DNA from: a virus
Taxonomy: Duplodnaviria; Caudoviricetes
Direction: 5' to 3' (one strand)
DNA: 64,000 nt
IMG/VR virus record: IMGVR_UViG_2595698868_000001
Location: 192,001-256,000 of that record
The translations under genes were made by a program, and so were the position numbers. The notes below the pieces were generated by a model that was given only the letters and a program-made list of their open reading frames with translations, was not told where the DNA came from and ran no database searches. This document shows positions 36,152 to 45,149 of this stretch, piece by piece (the first letter of the stretch is position 1; every line of letters begins with the position of its first letter).

Positions 36152-36417
36152 TGCGCGACCTGACCGTTTACGAATTTCACATCTACGGCGTCGACGAAAA
36201 CGGCGTGGTCACGGATGACGCCCAGATCGAGCGCATCCCGTGCTTCGACGAGAAGTCGGCGAAAAGCGCTGCCCGCCAGTTCGCCGCCCGCGACGGCATC
36301 GGTCCGGTCGATCTGGCGCGGGCGGGTCCCTCGCCCTGGGCCGATCGCTACGTCGGTACGGCTACGCGGAAGTGGCCTGAATCCAAGTACCGGGCGACGC
36401 AGTTCGAGGTGCTGTAA
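36151..36417 (+). CDS. hypothetical protein
   Basis: TGATG coupling. Confidence 0.7.
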   Translation: MRDLTVYEFHIYGVDENGVVTDDAQIERIPCFDEKSAKSAARQFAARDGIGPVDLARAGPSPWADRYVGTATRKWPESKYRATQFEVL

Positions 36418-36425
36418 AAAGGCGC

Positions 36426-36494
36426 TTGACGCGTCTGAAGTGTTTCTTTACAAACCTCCTCGACGAACACGAATTGCACCGCAATTTGAGGAGG
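36426..36494 (+). promoter_or_regulatory. class A promoter with RBS-containing hairpin
   Basis: TTGAC-N11-GTTTCTTTACA; CCTCCTCG (36455-36462) / TGAGGAGG (36487-36494) with inner AATTGC/GCAATT stem. Confidence 0.75.
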
Positions 36495-36499
36495 CCTGA

Positions 36500-36979
36500 A
36501 TGACCGAAGCCGCTACCGCCCGGAAAGAGTTCTACACCGCTGAGGAGATGGACCGCGTCTGCGAAGCGATGTGGCGTGTACGCGATCTGGAAGTCCAGCG
36601 CGTGCGTGAAGAAGAGCAGGCGCGCGCCAAGCGAATCCTGGAGGCTGCGCTGGACGACCAGCGTCGCCAGCTTTTCGCCGGCGCCGAGGCCAACTACGGG
36701 GCGGGCCGCTTCGAACTGACGCGGTTGAAAGCCGACGAATACCGCGACACCAGCGCGGTCCTGGCCGAAGTCCGGACCCGGCTGTTCGCGGCCCGCATCC
36801 GATACGACGATTCCGATGGTGTCTACGTGGTCACCGTCCTGATCAGCCGCCAGAGCTACTGGCCGACGCGCAAGCTGGAAAAGGAGTTCACCTCGTCGAG
36901 CGAGGCCTGGAACTTCTACAAGCGCGCCATCGACAAGTTCTACGACCAGGAGAACTTCTCCTGTCAGGTCGACTACTAA
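36500..36979 (+). CDS. hypothetical protein
   Basis: GAGGAGG RBS. Confidence 0.8.
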   Translation: MTEAATARKEFYTAEEMDRVCEAMWRVRDLEVQRVREEEQARAKRILEAALDDQRRQLFAGAEANYGAGRFELTRLKADEYRDTSAVLAEVRTRLFAARIRYDDSDGVYVVTVLISRQSYWPTRKLEKEFTSSSEAWNFYKRAIDKFYDQENFSCQVDY

Positions 36980-37011
36980 GCCCTTCCATTTCAGCAAAGG
37001 AGTCACATCCC

Positions 37012-37431
37012 ATGCCCTGCAACTCCGAATACATGAATCCGAACGCGCGCGAGATCGAGTCGAAGAAGGTCGCCGGCCTGATCGTCTACGCCAATCTGAA
37101 GCTGGGCGAGACGCCGGACCCCGAAGTCGTGGCGATCTCCCAGACCTACTACGGCGCGCCCCAGCAATGCGACTACCTGACGTCGATCCTCTGCTCCATC
37201 TGCCGCAAGATGATGGACGGCGAGCGCGAGCGCGTCATCTACGACGCCCACGACCCGAAGGCTCGTGAACTGGCCGACTGGTGGGAACGTCACCAAGCCC
37301 ACGACAAGGCGCGCGAAGAGCAGGAAGCCCACTCCGCCCAGGTCAAGGCCATGGCCGATGCGGTCGGCGGCGTCCTGTCGGACGACCAAAAGGCGCTGCT
37401 GCGCGAAGCCGTCAAGACCGGCGCGCTCTGA
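37012..37431 (+). CDS. hypothetical phage protein
   Basis: AAGGAG RBS; MPCNSEYM...LCSICR...LADWWERHQ.HD. Confidence 0.8.
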   Translation: MPCNSEYMNPNAREIESKKVAGLIVYANLKLGETPDPEVVAISQTYYGAPQQCDYLTSILCSICRKMMDGERERVIYDAHDPKARELADWWERHQAHDKAREEQEAHSAQVKAMADAVGGVLSDDQKALLREAVKTGAL

Positions 37432-37937
37432 TGACCGTCTACGCAATCGGCATCGTCTCGACTGACGCCGGCCTCGCCCTGGAGGCGGCCTTCGAAGCCA
37501 AGGCCTTCTTCTACAACATCCGCGAAGCCGAAAACGAGCGGCGCCGGCGCACGAAGGCTTCGGACGTCCGCTACCGCACCTTCGAGATGGTCTCGCTGAA
37601 CCGTGTCGTCGTTCTCGACAACATCGCGATCGAGCGCACACCCAGCGTCGGTAGCATCCCGGTCAATCCGCACGGCACGGATCGTCTCTATACGGTCGGC
37701 TTCTCCGGTTCCGTCATAATCGACGGCGGCTGGCGGAATATGCTGATCGGTCAGGAACAGCACCACACCGTGCTGGACGCCGAGGAAGCTCGCGAGCGCA
37801 TCCAGGCTGAGTACAGCTACGATGATGGTATTACGACTATTATCGTCGAGCAGGTCATCGCGGCCGAGATCATCGTCGAAGACGAACGTGTCATCCGCGT
37901 CCCGAATGCGATGCACCTCCTGCCGGCGGCGGCCTAA
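37431..37937 (+). CDS. hypothetical protein
   Basis: TGATG coupling. Confidence 0.7.
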   Translation: MTVYAIGIVSTDAGLALEAAFEAKAFFYNIREAENERRRRTKASDVRYRTFEMVSLNRVVVLDNIAIERTPSVGSIPVNPHGTDRLYTVGFSGSVIIDGGWRNMLIGQEQHHTVLDAEEARERIQAEYSYDDGITTIIVEQVIAAEIIVEDERVIRVPNAMHLLPAAA

Positions 37938-38519
37938 ATGGCGACCTACGAGGCCCACAAACCCCGGCTGGTCGACGTTCCCGAGGGCGTCAGCGGTAAC
38001 TGGCGCGTCGAGAAGTTCTTCGCCAAACGCTCGGCGTCGTCGATCATGGACGAACTGCGTGGACGCGGCCTGCCAGAGGGCGAGTACACGCGACTCGCGA
38101 ACGACACCGAAGACTGCTTCATGAGCGACACGCCGGCCGAGTACCGTGACGCTATGTGGTTCATCGGTGCGGCCAAGGGTGACATCTTGATCTCGGGGCT
38201 GGGCCTCGGCATGGTCGTGAAGGCCCTGCTGAAGAAGCCCGAGATTACGAGCATCACCGTCCTGGAACTCTCCGAGGACGTGATCAAGCTGGTGGCTCCT
38301 TCCTATCCCGATCCGCGCGTCCGCATCATCCATGCGGACTGTCGGACCTGGAAGGCTGATCGCAAGTTCGACTATGCGTGGCACGACATCTGGGCCGAAG
38401 TCTCGCTGGACGATCTGCCGGAGATGCAACTGCTGCGCCGGCGCTACGCCAAGGCCATGAAGGCGTCCCAGCGTCAGCATGTCTGGGGTGAAGACCTGAT
38501 CAAAAGGAGCCGCTGGTGA
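37938..38519 (+). CDS. class I SAM-dependent methyltransferase (spermidine-synthase-like)
   Basis: MSDTPAE, ILISGLGLG, ITVLELSEDVIKLV, IIHAD, FDYAWHDIW. Confidence 0.85.
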   Translation: MATYEAHKPRLVDVPEGVSGNWRVEKFFAKRSASSIMDELRGRGLPEGEYTRLANDTEDCFMSDTPAEYRDAMWFIGAAKGDILISGLGLGMVVKALLKKPEITSITVLELSEDVIKLVAPSYPDPRVRIIHADCRTWKADRKFDYAWHDIWAEVSLDDLPEMQLLRRRYAKAMKASQRQHVWGEDLIKRSRW

Positions 38520-38698
38520 GTGACCATGTTGAAGACATCCTCACCAGCATGCGCCGAGAGCGCGTAGAATGGGAGGCCCGTACAATCGAACGTCATCGCC
38601 TACAAGACCAATGTGAGGACGCGATTGTCTTCGACTTAATCGGTGCGGCGTTGGCGCTCACAATCCTCGGTTCCGTCCTGGCGGCGCTCTGCCTATGA
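38516..38698 (+). CDS. small membrane protein
   Basis: AGGAG RBS; C-terminal TM. Confidence 0.55.
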   Translation: MSDHVEDILTSMRRERVEWEARTIERHRLQDQCEDAIVFDLIGAALALTILGSVLAALCL

Positions 38699-39291
38699 AC
38701 CGCGACGCGATCGAATGGATGCAGACGGCGCCCGCCGATTTGCTCGAACTGGAGCCGCGCGACTGGATGCAGACGCAGATGCGGCAGCATAGGAATCAGG
38801 TTCAGTTCTGGCGCGACGACCTAAATCGCACGGACCCCTCGGTCATTCGAGCGGATGGCCGCGCGTGGGCTGGCGATGTGGATGTCGGTTCGGGTTGGCT
38901 GCGGATCAGCATCATCACGGCCAACGGCGAGATCGCCTATCACCGTGATCCTGGGTTCGAGAAATACGGCTACCTGCTGATCCTGCGTCCCGCTGGCTAC
39001 AGCGTCACCGGCCTCTACAACTGGAGAGGTGAAGAGGTTCAACAGCGCGGTATGATGTTGTGCCTCCATCAGGCGCGGCGGCTCCATGCTCTCGTGCGGC
39101 GCGGTACATCGAAAAGTCACGGCGTGCGTCTGAAGGATACATACGGCCTGCATACGTCAACGCCCGGCCGGGTGTGGATGGCGATCGGGTTCAATTCGGA
39201 GAAACTGCTGACGCTGGAAGAGGCATCGGAAGTTTTCCGAACCGATCTCGGAAAACGCCCTGTCAACGCCGCGAGGCGCTTGACAGCCTGA
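38695..39291 (+). CDS. hypothetical protein (possible cupin/2OG-like HxD...H)
   Basis: ATGA overlap; YHRDPG ... LHAL. Confidence 0.6.
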   Translation: MNRDAIEWMQTAPADLLELEPRDWMQTQMRQHRNQVQFWRDDLNRTDPSVIRADGRAWAGDVDVGSGWLRISIITANGEIAYHRDPGFEKYGYLLILRPAGYSVTGLYNWRGEEVQQRGMMLCLHQARRLHALVRRGTSKSHGVRLKDTYGLHTSTPGRVWMAIGFNSEKLLTLEEASEVFRTDLGKRPVNAARRLTA

Positions 39292-39305
39292 GTAGTTTCT
39301 TTACA
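39280..39305 (+). promoter_or_regulatory. class A phage promoter
   Basis: TTGAC-N10-GTTTCTTTACA. Confidence 0.7.
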
Positions 39306-39344
39306 AGAACCACAACGTTATTCCTCCAACCCAAAGGAGCCCTC

Positions 39345-39647
39345 ATGTCCCAACTCGACGATAACATCGCCGCTCTTCCCGAACTGGCCTACGCGGTCAT
39401 GCCGTCCTCGGGCGACACCGTCATCATCAAGCGTGGCGAGATGGGCTATCATGATCCGGGCTACGGTCCGCAAGGCGAAGCTGTCGTCAAGAACCTGAAC
39501 GACCGCATGGGCGTGACGCCGGCGCAGGCCGCCGCGATGTTCAACGGCTCGCTGTTCGGCTGGCATACGCCGGCCGCCAATCCCGATGCCTACGACGACA
39601 GCGGTCAGTTCAAGGTGTCGCTGAAGACGGCGCGGAAGAAGAGCTAA
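39345..39647 (+). CDS. hypothetical protein
   Basis: AAGGAG RBS; IKRGEMGY...N...GVTPAQ..AM..GSLFGW..P.A.P. Confidence 0.8.
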   Translation: MSQLDDNIAALPELAYAVMPSSGDTVIIKRGEMGYHDPGYGPQGEAVVKNLNDRMGVTPAQAAAMFNGSLFGWHTPAANPDAYDDSGQFKVSLKTARKKS

Positions 39648-39650
39648 ACC

Positions 39651-40274
39651 ATGGGCACCATCCGTCATCACGCCATCGTCGTCACCAGCCGTGACCGCGA
39701 TCACCTGAAAGAGGCTCACGCCAAGGCGGTCGAAATCTTCGGCGACGCGCAAGCCAACGTCATCACCGGCGAGAACCTCGCTCCCGTGAGCGAGATCACC
39801 GTCGATTCCCAAGGCTACGCTTCGTTCATGATCGCTCCCGACGGCTCCAAGGAGTTCTGGGACCACAGCGATCTCGCCGACAAGGGCCGTGAAGCCTTCG
39901 TCGTGTACCTGAACGGCGAACGTCATGCCGACCCGTCGATGTCCTCGACCCTGTCCTGGGCAGAAGCCCAATTCGGCGGCCCGAACGATGACGACATGCT
40001 GCTGTCCTCGGTCGGGGCCGATGCCAAGAAGCTGTACGCAGCCGTGGCGCGCATCGCCCATGAAGGTCATGCTCGACCCGAGTACCCCAGCTATGCGCAC
40101 GTCGGCTTCGACGTCCTGACCTCGCTGGAAACCATCGGCATGGTCTTCGTGGACTCGCGCGGCAACTATCTGCTGACGGAGACCGGCTTCGAGTCCGCCG
40201 GCTACGTGGCGCGCGATCATCCCTTCATCGTGAAGGCGGTCACCCACAACTCGGTGATGGCGACCGTCGGATGA
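39651..40274 (+). CDS. hypothetical protein
   Basis: HHAIVVTS...APDGSKEFW. Confidence 0.75.
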   Translation: MGTIRHHAIVVTSRDRDHLKEAHAKAVEIFGDAQANVITGENLAPVSEITVDSQGYASFMIAPDGSKEFWDHSDLADKGREAFVVYLNGERHADPSMSSTLSWAEAQFGGPNDDDMLLSSVGADAKKLYAAVARIAHEGHARPEYPSYAHVGFDVLTSLETIGMVFVDSRGNYLLTETGFESAGYVARDHPFIVKAVTHNSVMATVG

Positions 40275-40546
40275 TCCAGCCCGAACCCACCGTCGAAGAA
40301 CTGCTGGCCGAGATCAAGCGCATCCTGGAGGCGCCGGACGACATCGATCCGGCGGTCCTGATGTCGCCCAAGATGTCGTCGATCGCCGGCGTCGCGGACG
40401 TCGAGTTCGATGAACGCTGGGCACGTGAGGTCGCCGATCTCGAACGTGTCGCTACGCGCATCGTGCCGGCGCCGGCCGATCACACCGCCGTCGAGGCCCG
40501 CATCGACAACGTCATCTACGTCCGCTTCGGCGGTAGCCCGTACTAG
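40271..40546 (+). CDS. small protein with a PopZ helix-1-like N-terminus
   Basis: EPTVEELLAEIKRILEAPDD vs Caulobacter PopZ EPTMEEILASIRRIISEDD (recalled from memory). Confidence 0.7.
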   Translation: MIQPEPTVEELLAEIKRILEAPDDIDPAVLMSPKMSSIAGVADVEFDERWAREVADLERVATRIVPAPADHTAVEARIDNVIYVRFGGSPY

Positions 40547-40554
40547 GAGGACCG

Positions 40555-41055
40555 ATGGTCAGTTCCAGCCTGATGTGCCCCAGCCGCAGCAACCCGTTCG
40601 ACGGCGATGACGGCGTGACGAAGCTTCAGGATGATGTCCTGGGCCTGCTGGAAGACGCAGGACTGCCGACGGACATCAACGATCAGATCATGCTGCTCGT
40701 CCAAACGGGCGAGGGCATCCTGGCTGGTGAGCGCAAGTCGGCGGAGCCGCGTGCCCTGGAAGAGGCCCGCGACGCCGTCCAGTTCTACGACCGCGTCCAG
40801 CGCGCGTCGGCGGATGAGAAAATTGCGGTTGGACACGACCATTGGGACCGCCTGATCAAGGCGATCCGAGGCGTCGTGAGCCTGCTGCCGGGCGAGCGTT
40901 TCATCGATCCCGTCTCCGGCGCGATTCCCGAGGGCGTCTACTGGTTCGCCGAGCACCAGAACTTCTACGACGCGAATACCCGCGTCGGGATGGGTGACAC
41001 CTTTTATCGGAACTGGCGCGGGCGTTATCACGAATTCCCGACGGAGCCGGGCTGA
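40555..41055 (+). CDS. hypothetical protein
   Basis: GGAGG RBS. Confidence 0.75.
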   Translation: MVSSSLMCPSRSNPFDGDDGVTKLQDDVLGLLEDAGLPTDINDQIMLLVQTGEGILAGERKSAEPRALEEARDAVQFYDRVQRASADEKIAVGHDHWDRLIKAIRGVVSLLPGERFIDPVSGAIPEGVYWFAEHQNFYDANTRVGMGDTFYRNWRGRYHEFPTEPG

Positions 41056-41056
41056 C

Positions 41057-41287
41057 ATGCTGGATATCTGGGTCTATGGCATGATCGCACTAACGGTGTT
41101 CAACATCGGCTGTGCGTTCTCCCAGGGCTGGTGGTCGCCCAACAACTCCAAATTGGTGCTGCTCACTCTCGTGTGGCCGGCATGCTGCGTGGGACTAATC
41201 GTGCTCCTGTTCATCATGACAACCTTCACGGTGATGCCGGCATCGCTCAAGGCAGCGATCGAAAAATATCCGCTTGACCTCGGTTGA
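41057..41287 (+). CDS. small membrane protein
   Basis: Two TM segments. Confidence 0.65.
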   Translation: MLDIWVYGMIALTVFNIGCAFSQGWWSPNNSKLVLLTLVWPACCVGLIVLLFIMTTFTVMPASLKAAIEKYPLDLG

Positions 41288-41331
41288 GTGTTTCTTTACA
41301 AGCCTCCATGACGATCACAGCCATGGAGGCT
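41274..41331 (+). promoter_or_regulatory. class A promoter with RBS-containing hairpin
   Basis: TTGAC-N11-GTTTCTTTACA; AGCCTCCATG (41301-41310) / CATGGAGGCT (41322-41331); nearly identical to 33425-33466. Confidence 0.8.
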
Positions 41332-41334
41332 CCT

Positions 41335-41763
41335 TTGCACGACCTGACCAAGATCACCTTCGTCGACAAGCGCAATGAGGCGCTCGCGAAGGCCCTGCTG
41401 GGTGTCGTGACCGACGCCGAAGAGACCCTGGCGAAGTTCCAGGAAAGGTTCGCGGAGAACCCCTACTACGCCTTCGATTGGGCGGACAACGCCGTCCGGG
41501 CCGCTGCCTACAAGAAGGTCGCCCTGCACTACCTGGACGGCCTCCTGGGTAATCAGGAAGGCCAGGACCCCAAGGACTCGGACTACTGCGTTGAGTTCAT
41601 CAAGGAAAGCCTGCTGCGCGAGACCCTGCGCATGGCCGCCAATCCGCGCATCTCGACGTCGACCTGCGGCAACTATCTCCAGCAGATGGAACTGTCGGCC
41701 TACGCCGAACTCCGCGACCGCCTGGGCAAGGAGTTCTGGGCCTTCAAGGGGAGCTTCTCCTGA
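41335..41763 (+). CDS. hypothetical protein
   Basis: TTG start after GGAGG. Confidence 0.7.
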   Translation: MHDLTKITFVDKRNEALAKALLGVVTDAEETLAKFQERFAENPYYAFDWADNAVRAAAYKKVALHYLDGLLGNQEGQDPKDSDYCVEFIKESLLRETLRMAANPRISTSTCGNYLQQMELSAYAELRDRLGKEFWAFKGSFS

Positions 41764-42011
41764 TGCGCGGCGTCGACGTCAACGAAAGCTATCAGACCGA
41801 GCAGCGCTCGTTCGATGGCCAACTCGCCGGCAGCAAGTACGGTGCCTCGGGCGGGCCGGACCTGACCCGTGAGCAATGGCGCGCCATGCAGCGCGCCGAA
41901 CGTCAGCGGTTCACCGGCAAGGTCATGATGATCTTCCTGGGCCTGTTCCTGTTGACGTGGGTGATCGCCGATCTGACCCACTTCAACGCCAACCTGAACC
42001 TGCCATTCTGA
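41763..42011 (+). CDS. small membrane protein
   Basis: TGATG coupling; C-terminal TM. Confidence 0.7.
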   Translation: MRGVDVNESYQTEQRSFDGQLAGSKYGASGGPDLTREQWRAMQRAERQRFTGKVMMIFLGLFLLTWVIADLTHFNANLNLPF

Positions 42012-42385
42012 TGGACAAGGCGCAGCGCATCCGTCTGGCGATCGACACGGCGCGACCGGCGTGGATCGAGAAGACCGTCAGCGGCGATCACTACATCGTC
42101 GTCACCAAGGGCACGCTGTTCCCGCTCACGAAGTCGGTGTTGCAGCGCTGGTACAAGACGCGGGCCGGAGCCGTCAATCTGGCCCGGCGCGAAGGGCTCA
42201 CGATCCTGGAAGGCGAGTGTCCGTTCGATCCGCCGACCGATGAGCAGGTCAAGGCCTATCACGCCCGCGATCGCGAAAAGCGTAACGCGGCCGAGCAGGT
42301 CATGCAGGAACTCGACGTCCCGTTCACCGAGGCGTGGCGCGCACTAACCAACCTGGAGGCCAAGGGCCTCATCCGCTTCGGATAG
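42011..42385 (+). CDS. hypothetical protein
   Basis: TGATG coupling. Confidence 0.7.
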   Translation: MDKAQRIRLAIDTARPAWIEKTVSGDHYIVVTKGTLFPLTKSVLQRWYKTRAGAVNLARREGLTILEGECPFDPPTDEQVKAYHARDREKRNAAEQVMQELDVPFTEAWRALTNLEAKGLIRFG

Positions 42386-42388
42386 CCG

Positions 42389-42415
42389 TTGACACGTTGG
42401 GCGTATTTCTTTACA
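42389..42415 (+). promoter_or_regulatory. class A phage promoter
   Basis: TTGAC-N11-ATTTCTTTACA. Confidence 0.7.
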
Positions 42416-42447
42416 TGCGTTTCTGACGATCAATGAGGAGGTAGGTC

Positions 42448-42873
42448 ATGAAGTTTCCGAAAGGCATTACGCGTTGCGCCGCCCCAAAGCGTTCCAATCA
42501 CGCCGGCCGAGTCTGGGACTTGGCTGACCTGACCCTGCCGAACGGTGCCATCGCCTTGGCCCACTACGACATGTCGTATGGACAGAACTTCTATTTCGAG
42601 ATCGATGGCGTCTGGCGTAAAGGATCGATCGATCTGTTCGGCCAAGATAGCGGCCGACACATCAAGTTCGACCTGCGGGACGCAGCCGCTCTCGACGCTG
42701 TTGAGAAGCTGACGGTTGCCTACGAAGAAGCTCTGTGCAACGGCGACGAAGGCGAAATCGAGCGGCTTTGCTACGAGGTCGAGGAAGCCGCGACGAAAGC
42801 AGGCTACAACAATCATCGCCGGCTGGCCGCCCTGCACACCTGGGCCGAAGGTTTCGCACTGAAGGGAGCCTAG
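42448..42873 (+). CDS. hypothetical protein
   Basis: GAGGAGG RBS. Confidence 0.75.
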   Translation: MKFPKGITRCAAPKRSNHAGRVWDLADLTLPNGAIALAHYDMSYGQNFYFEIDGVWRKGSIDLFGQDSGRHIKFDLRDAAALDAVEKLTVAYEEALCNGDEGEIERLCYEVEEAATKAGYNNHRRLAALHTWAEGFALKGA

Positions 42874-43220
42874 TGTCTGGTCCCTTGATCATCTCCGGGT
42901 CCGAAATCTCGATCATCTCGGCGCATCCTAAGTGGGGTCGTTGGGTGAGCTATCCAGATATAGCTGAACCCATCCATCTGCATCCCGATCAGAAGTGGAT
43001 GCCGCATGAGGTGCTAGGCCTGAGGGTGGTGTTCAAGCCGGATGACTTGATCGAGATCAAAGATCAGTGGCTCGCTGAGCGGATTGGCGTCTGCGTCGCA
43101 CATGTCTCCAGGTTCCGCTGGTGGGCCTACAATCGCCGGTCTGGCGCGTATCCCATGGTGGAACTCCAGGGCCTGCCTCTGATTTGGTTCGCCGCTGGCT
43201 TCTTCCGAAAGATCAACTGA
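42873..43220 (+). CDS. hypothetical protein
   Basis: GGAG RBS, GTG start overlapping the stop. Confidence 0.55.
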   Translation: MSGPLIISGSEISIISAHPKWGRWVSYPDIAEPIHLHPDQKWMPHEVLGLRVVFKPDDLIEIKDQWLAERIGVCVAHVSRFRWWAYNRRSGAYPMVELQGLPLIWFAAGFFRKIN

Positions 43221-43411
43221 TGCCCAAGCCGCACAAGGATGTCGAAGAGCTTTACGCACAGGTGGGCGATCCGCGCTTCATGGTGCGCCGGCTTCAGGCC
43301 GAACTCGGCGACGACATGCGGATGCCCGACAACTGCCGTTACTGTGGCGAACTGACTCCGCGCCATAACCCCACCTGTTCCACCCTCATTCGCAAAGGAA
43401 AGCGCGCATGA
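43220..43411 (+). CDS. small Zn-finger-like protein
   Basis: CRYCG...H...C. Confidence 0.6.
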   Translation: MPKPHKDVEELYAQVGDPRFMVRRLQAELGDDMRMPDNCRYCGELTPRHNPTCSTLIRKGKRA

Positions 43412-43800
43412 CCGAGATCACCATCTACACCAAGGCCTTCCCGACGTTGGACGTTCTAGGCGCCACATCGGGTTACCTGCTGGCCGATATGGGCGGTATC
43501 TACGAAGTCCTGAACTTCATGACGGATTCGGACCTGTTCACCCATCAATTGCCCCGAGCCATGGAGCCGGCGCGCGAGGCCTTCATCCGCTACAATCCGG
43601 CGATGGTTCCGTTCTTCGCCGAGATCAAGGAGATGACCCAGGAGCAAATCCTGGCGGCCCGCGACGTCTGGGTGATGAAGTACGGTCCGACCCTCGACGT
43701 GCCGCGTATCCCGTCCCACAAGTACGAGGCGATGGACCCGATCTCGGAACTCGTGGCGATGCGCGGCGGCGCCGATACGGTAGAGGTCATCGTCGTCTGA
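43408..43800 (+). CDS. hypothetical phage protein
   Basis: IYEVLNFMTDSDLFTHQLPRA motif. Confidence 0.75.
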   Translation: MTEITIYTKAFPTLDVLGATSGYLLADMGGIYEVLNFMTDSDLFTHQLPRAMEPAREAFIRYNPAMVPFFAEIKEMTQEQILAARDVWVMKYGPTLDVPRIPSHKYEAMDPISELVAMRGGADTVEVIVV

Positions 43801-43867
43801 CTTCGAGAGTTGACAGACAGCGTGCGGGTCTCTAAAGGTGACGGTGACGATCACAAAGGAGACCCTC

Positions 43868-44395
43868 ATGCCCAAGATCAGCGACGTGACCTCGATCGAG
43901 GTTCAACTGCAAGGGAATCGGACTTGCATCCGTTTCCTCACCAGCAGCGCTCGCTATCACGTCTGGGCGGATGCTGAGACCCTGGAAGTGGGCGCCGGCG
44001 GCGCTTCGTACTTCGGTACGATGAAGAACGCTCCCGTCCTCTACAAGAACAGCCTCGTCGAAGATCATCGGGCCGAAGGCTATTCAGCCTGCCAGTACCT
44101 TAAACTCAGCGTACCGGCGAACCGCAAGCTCGTCGACGCCGTGATCCAGCGCGTTCGTGACGAAGGTCTAATCGAGGCCGCCCTGCAAGCGCAGACGCGC
44201 GCCGAGCAAGAACGCATCGCCAACATTTTCCGCGAGGACGCCGAGAAGGGACGAACGGTCTTCGGCCGCGTGATCGAAGAGGGCGAAGCCGAAGGTCTCC
44301 TGACCAAAGCGACCGCCGACTCGATCCGCGAACTGATGGAAGGCGTCAAGCCGGAAAGCTGGGCGGCGCTGACGCGCGCGTTCATGCGGACGTAG
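43868..44395 (+). CDS. hypothetical protein
   Basis: Class B promoter at 43807; AAGGAG RBS. Confidence 0.75.
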   Translation: MPKISDVTSIEVQLQGNRTCIRFLTSSARYHVWADAETLEVGAGGASYFGTMKNAPVLYKNSLVEDHRAEGYSACQYLKLSVPANRKLVDAVIQRVRDEGLIEAALQAQTRAEQERIANIFREDAEKGRTVFGRVIEEGEAEGLLTKATADSIRELMEGVKPESWAALTRAFMRT

Positions 44396-44400
44396 CTCCG

Positions 44401-44775
44401 ATGTCCAACGAAACTCTAGACGTCAAACAACTGAACTCGGGGCTGTTGAACAAAGCGGCCGATCTGATCGAGTCCCACGGCTGGTGGCATAAAGGTGATG
44501 CGGTGAGGCCTATAGGCTCTCTCTGCATCGTCGACGCCCTGCGCCGCGCCGTCATGTTGGATGCGAACGAACGTGCATTCATCGATACGGCGGCGAAGTT
44601 CGGCTATATCGAACGCAAGCCCCGCGCACTCGCGCTGTTCATGATCATTCAGTTGGGCCTGCATCCCTATCCCAGCCCGCCGACATCGTTGGTGGAGTGG
44701 AACGACGCGCCTGACCGCACTGTCCGGGATGTCCTCGACGCGCTGCGGACCGCCGCGAAGGAGTTGGCGCAATGA
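44401..44775 (+). CDS. DUF6197-like protein
   Basis: AADLIESHGW...CIVDAL...WNDAPDRTVRDVLDALR. Confidence 0.65.
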   Translation: MSNETLDVKQLNSGLLNKAADLIESHGWWHKGDAVRPIGSLCIVDALRRAVMLDANERAFIDTAAKFGYIERKPRALALFMIIQLGLHPYPSPPTSLVEWNDAPDRTVRDVLDALRTAAKELAQ

Positions 44776-45149
44776 CCAATCGCCTTTTCCTCCTCGCGGC
44801 TGCCCAGATCACCCGAGGCGCCAAGCTGACCACGGTCTTCAAGAACATCGCCATGCAGGGGATGCCGTTCGAGACGTCCGGGACCCGCGACGTCTACGTC
44901 TGGATGGTCATGGATTTCCAAATGGATGTGCCCGAGGCCGGTGCCGATATCGACGCCTGGGCCAATGAACAACCCATCGACGTGGTGCGCGCCGCCCTGA
45001 CCAAGGTGGCGGAGATCGACGCCGGCGGCAAGCGTGGTCGCGAGATCGAACGCATGCGTCAGCGCATCGACGCGGACTACGCCCGTCTCACTCAAACCGA
45101 CAAGGCTGTGGCGATCGCCCAGGCCGCTCAGATCATGGGGATCGCATGA
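44772..45149 (+). CDS. hypothetical protein
   Basis: ATGA overlap. Confidence 0.7.
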   Translation: MTNRLFLLAAAQITRGAKLTTVFKNIAMQGMPFETSGTRDVYVWMVMDFQMDVPEAGADIDAWANEQPIDVVRAALTKVAEIDAGGKRGREIERMRQRIDADYARLTQTDKAVAIAQAAQIMGIA

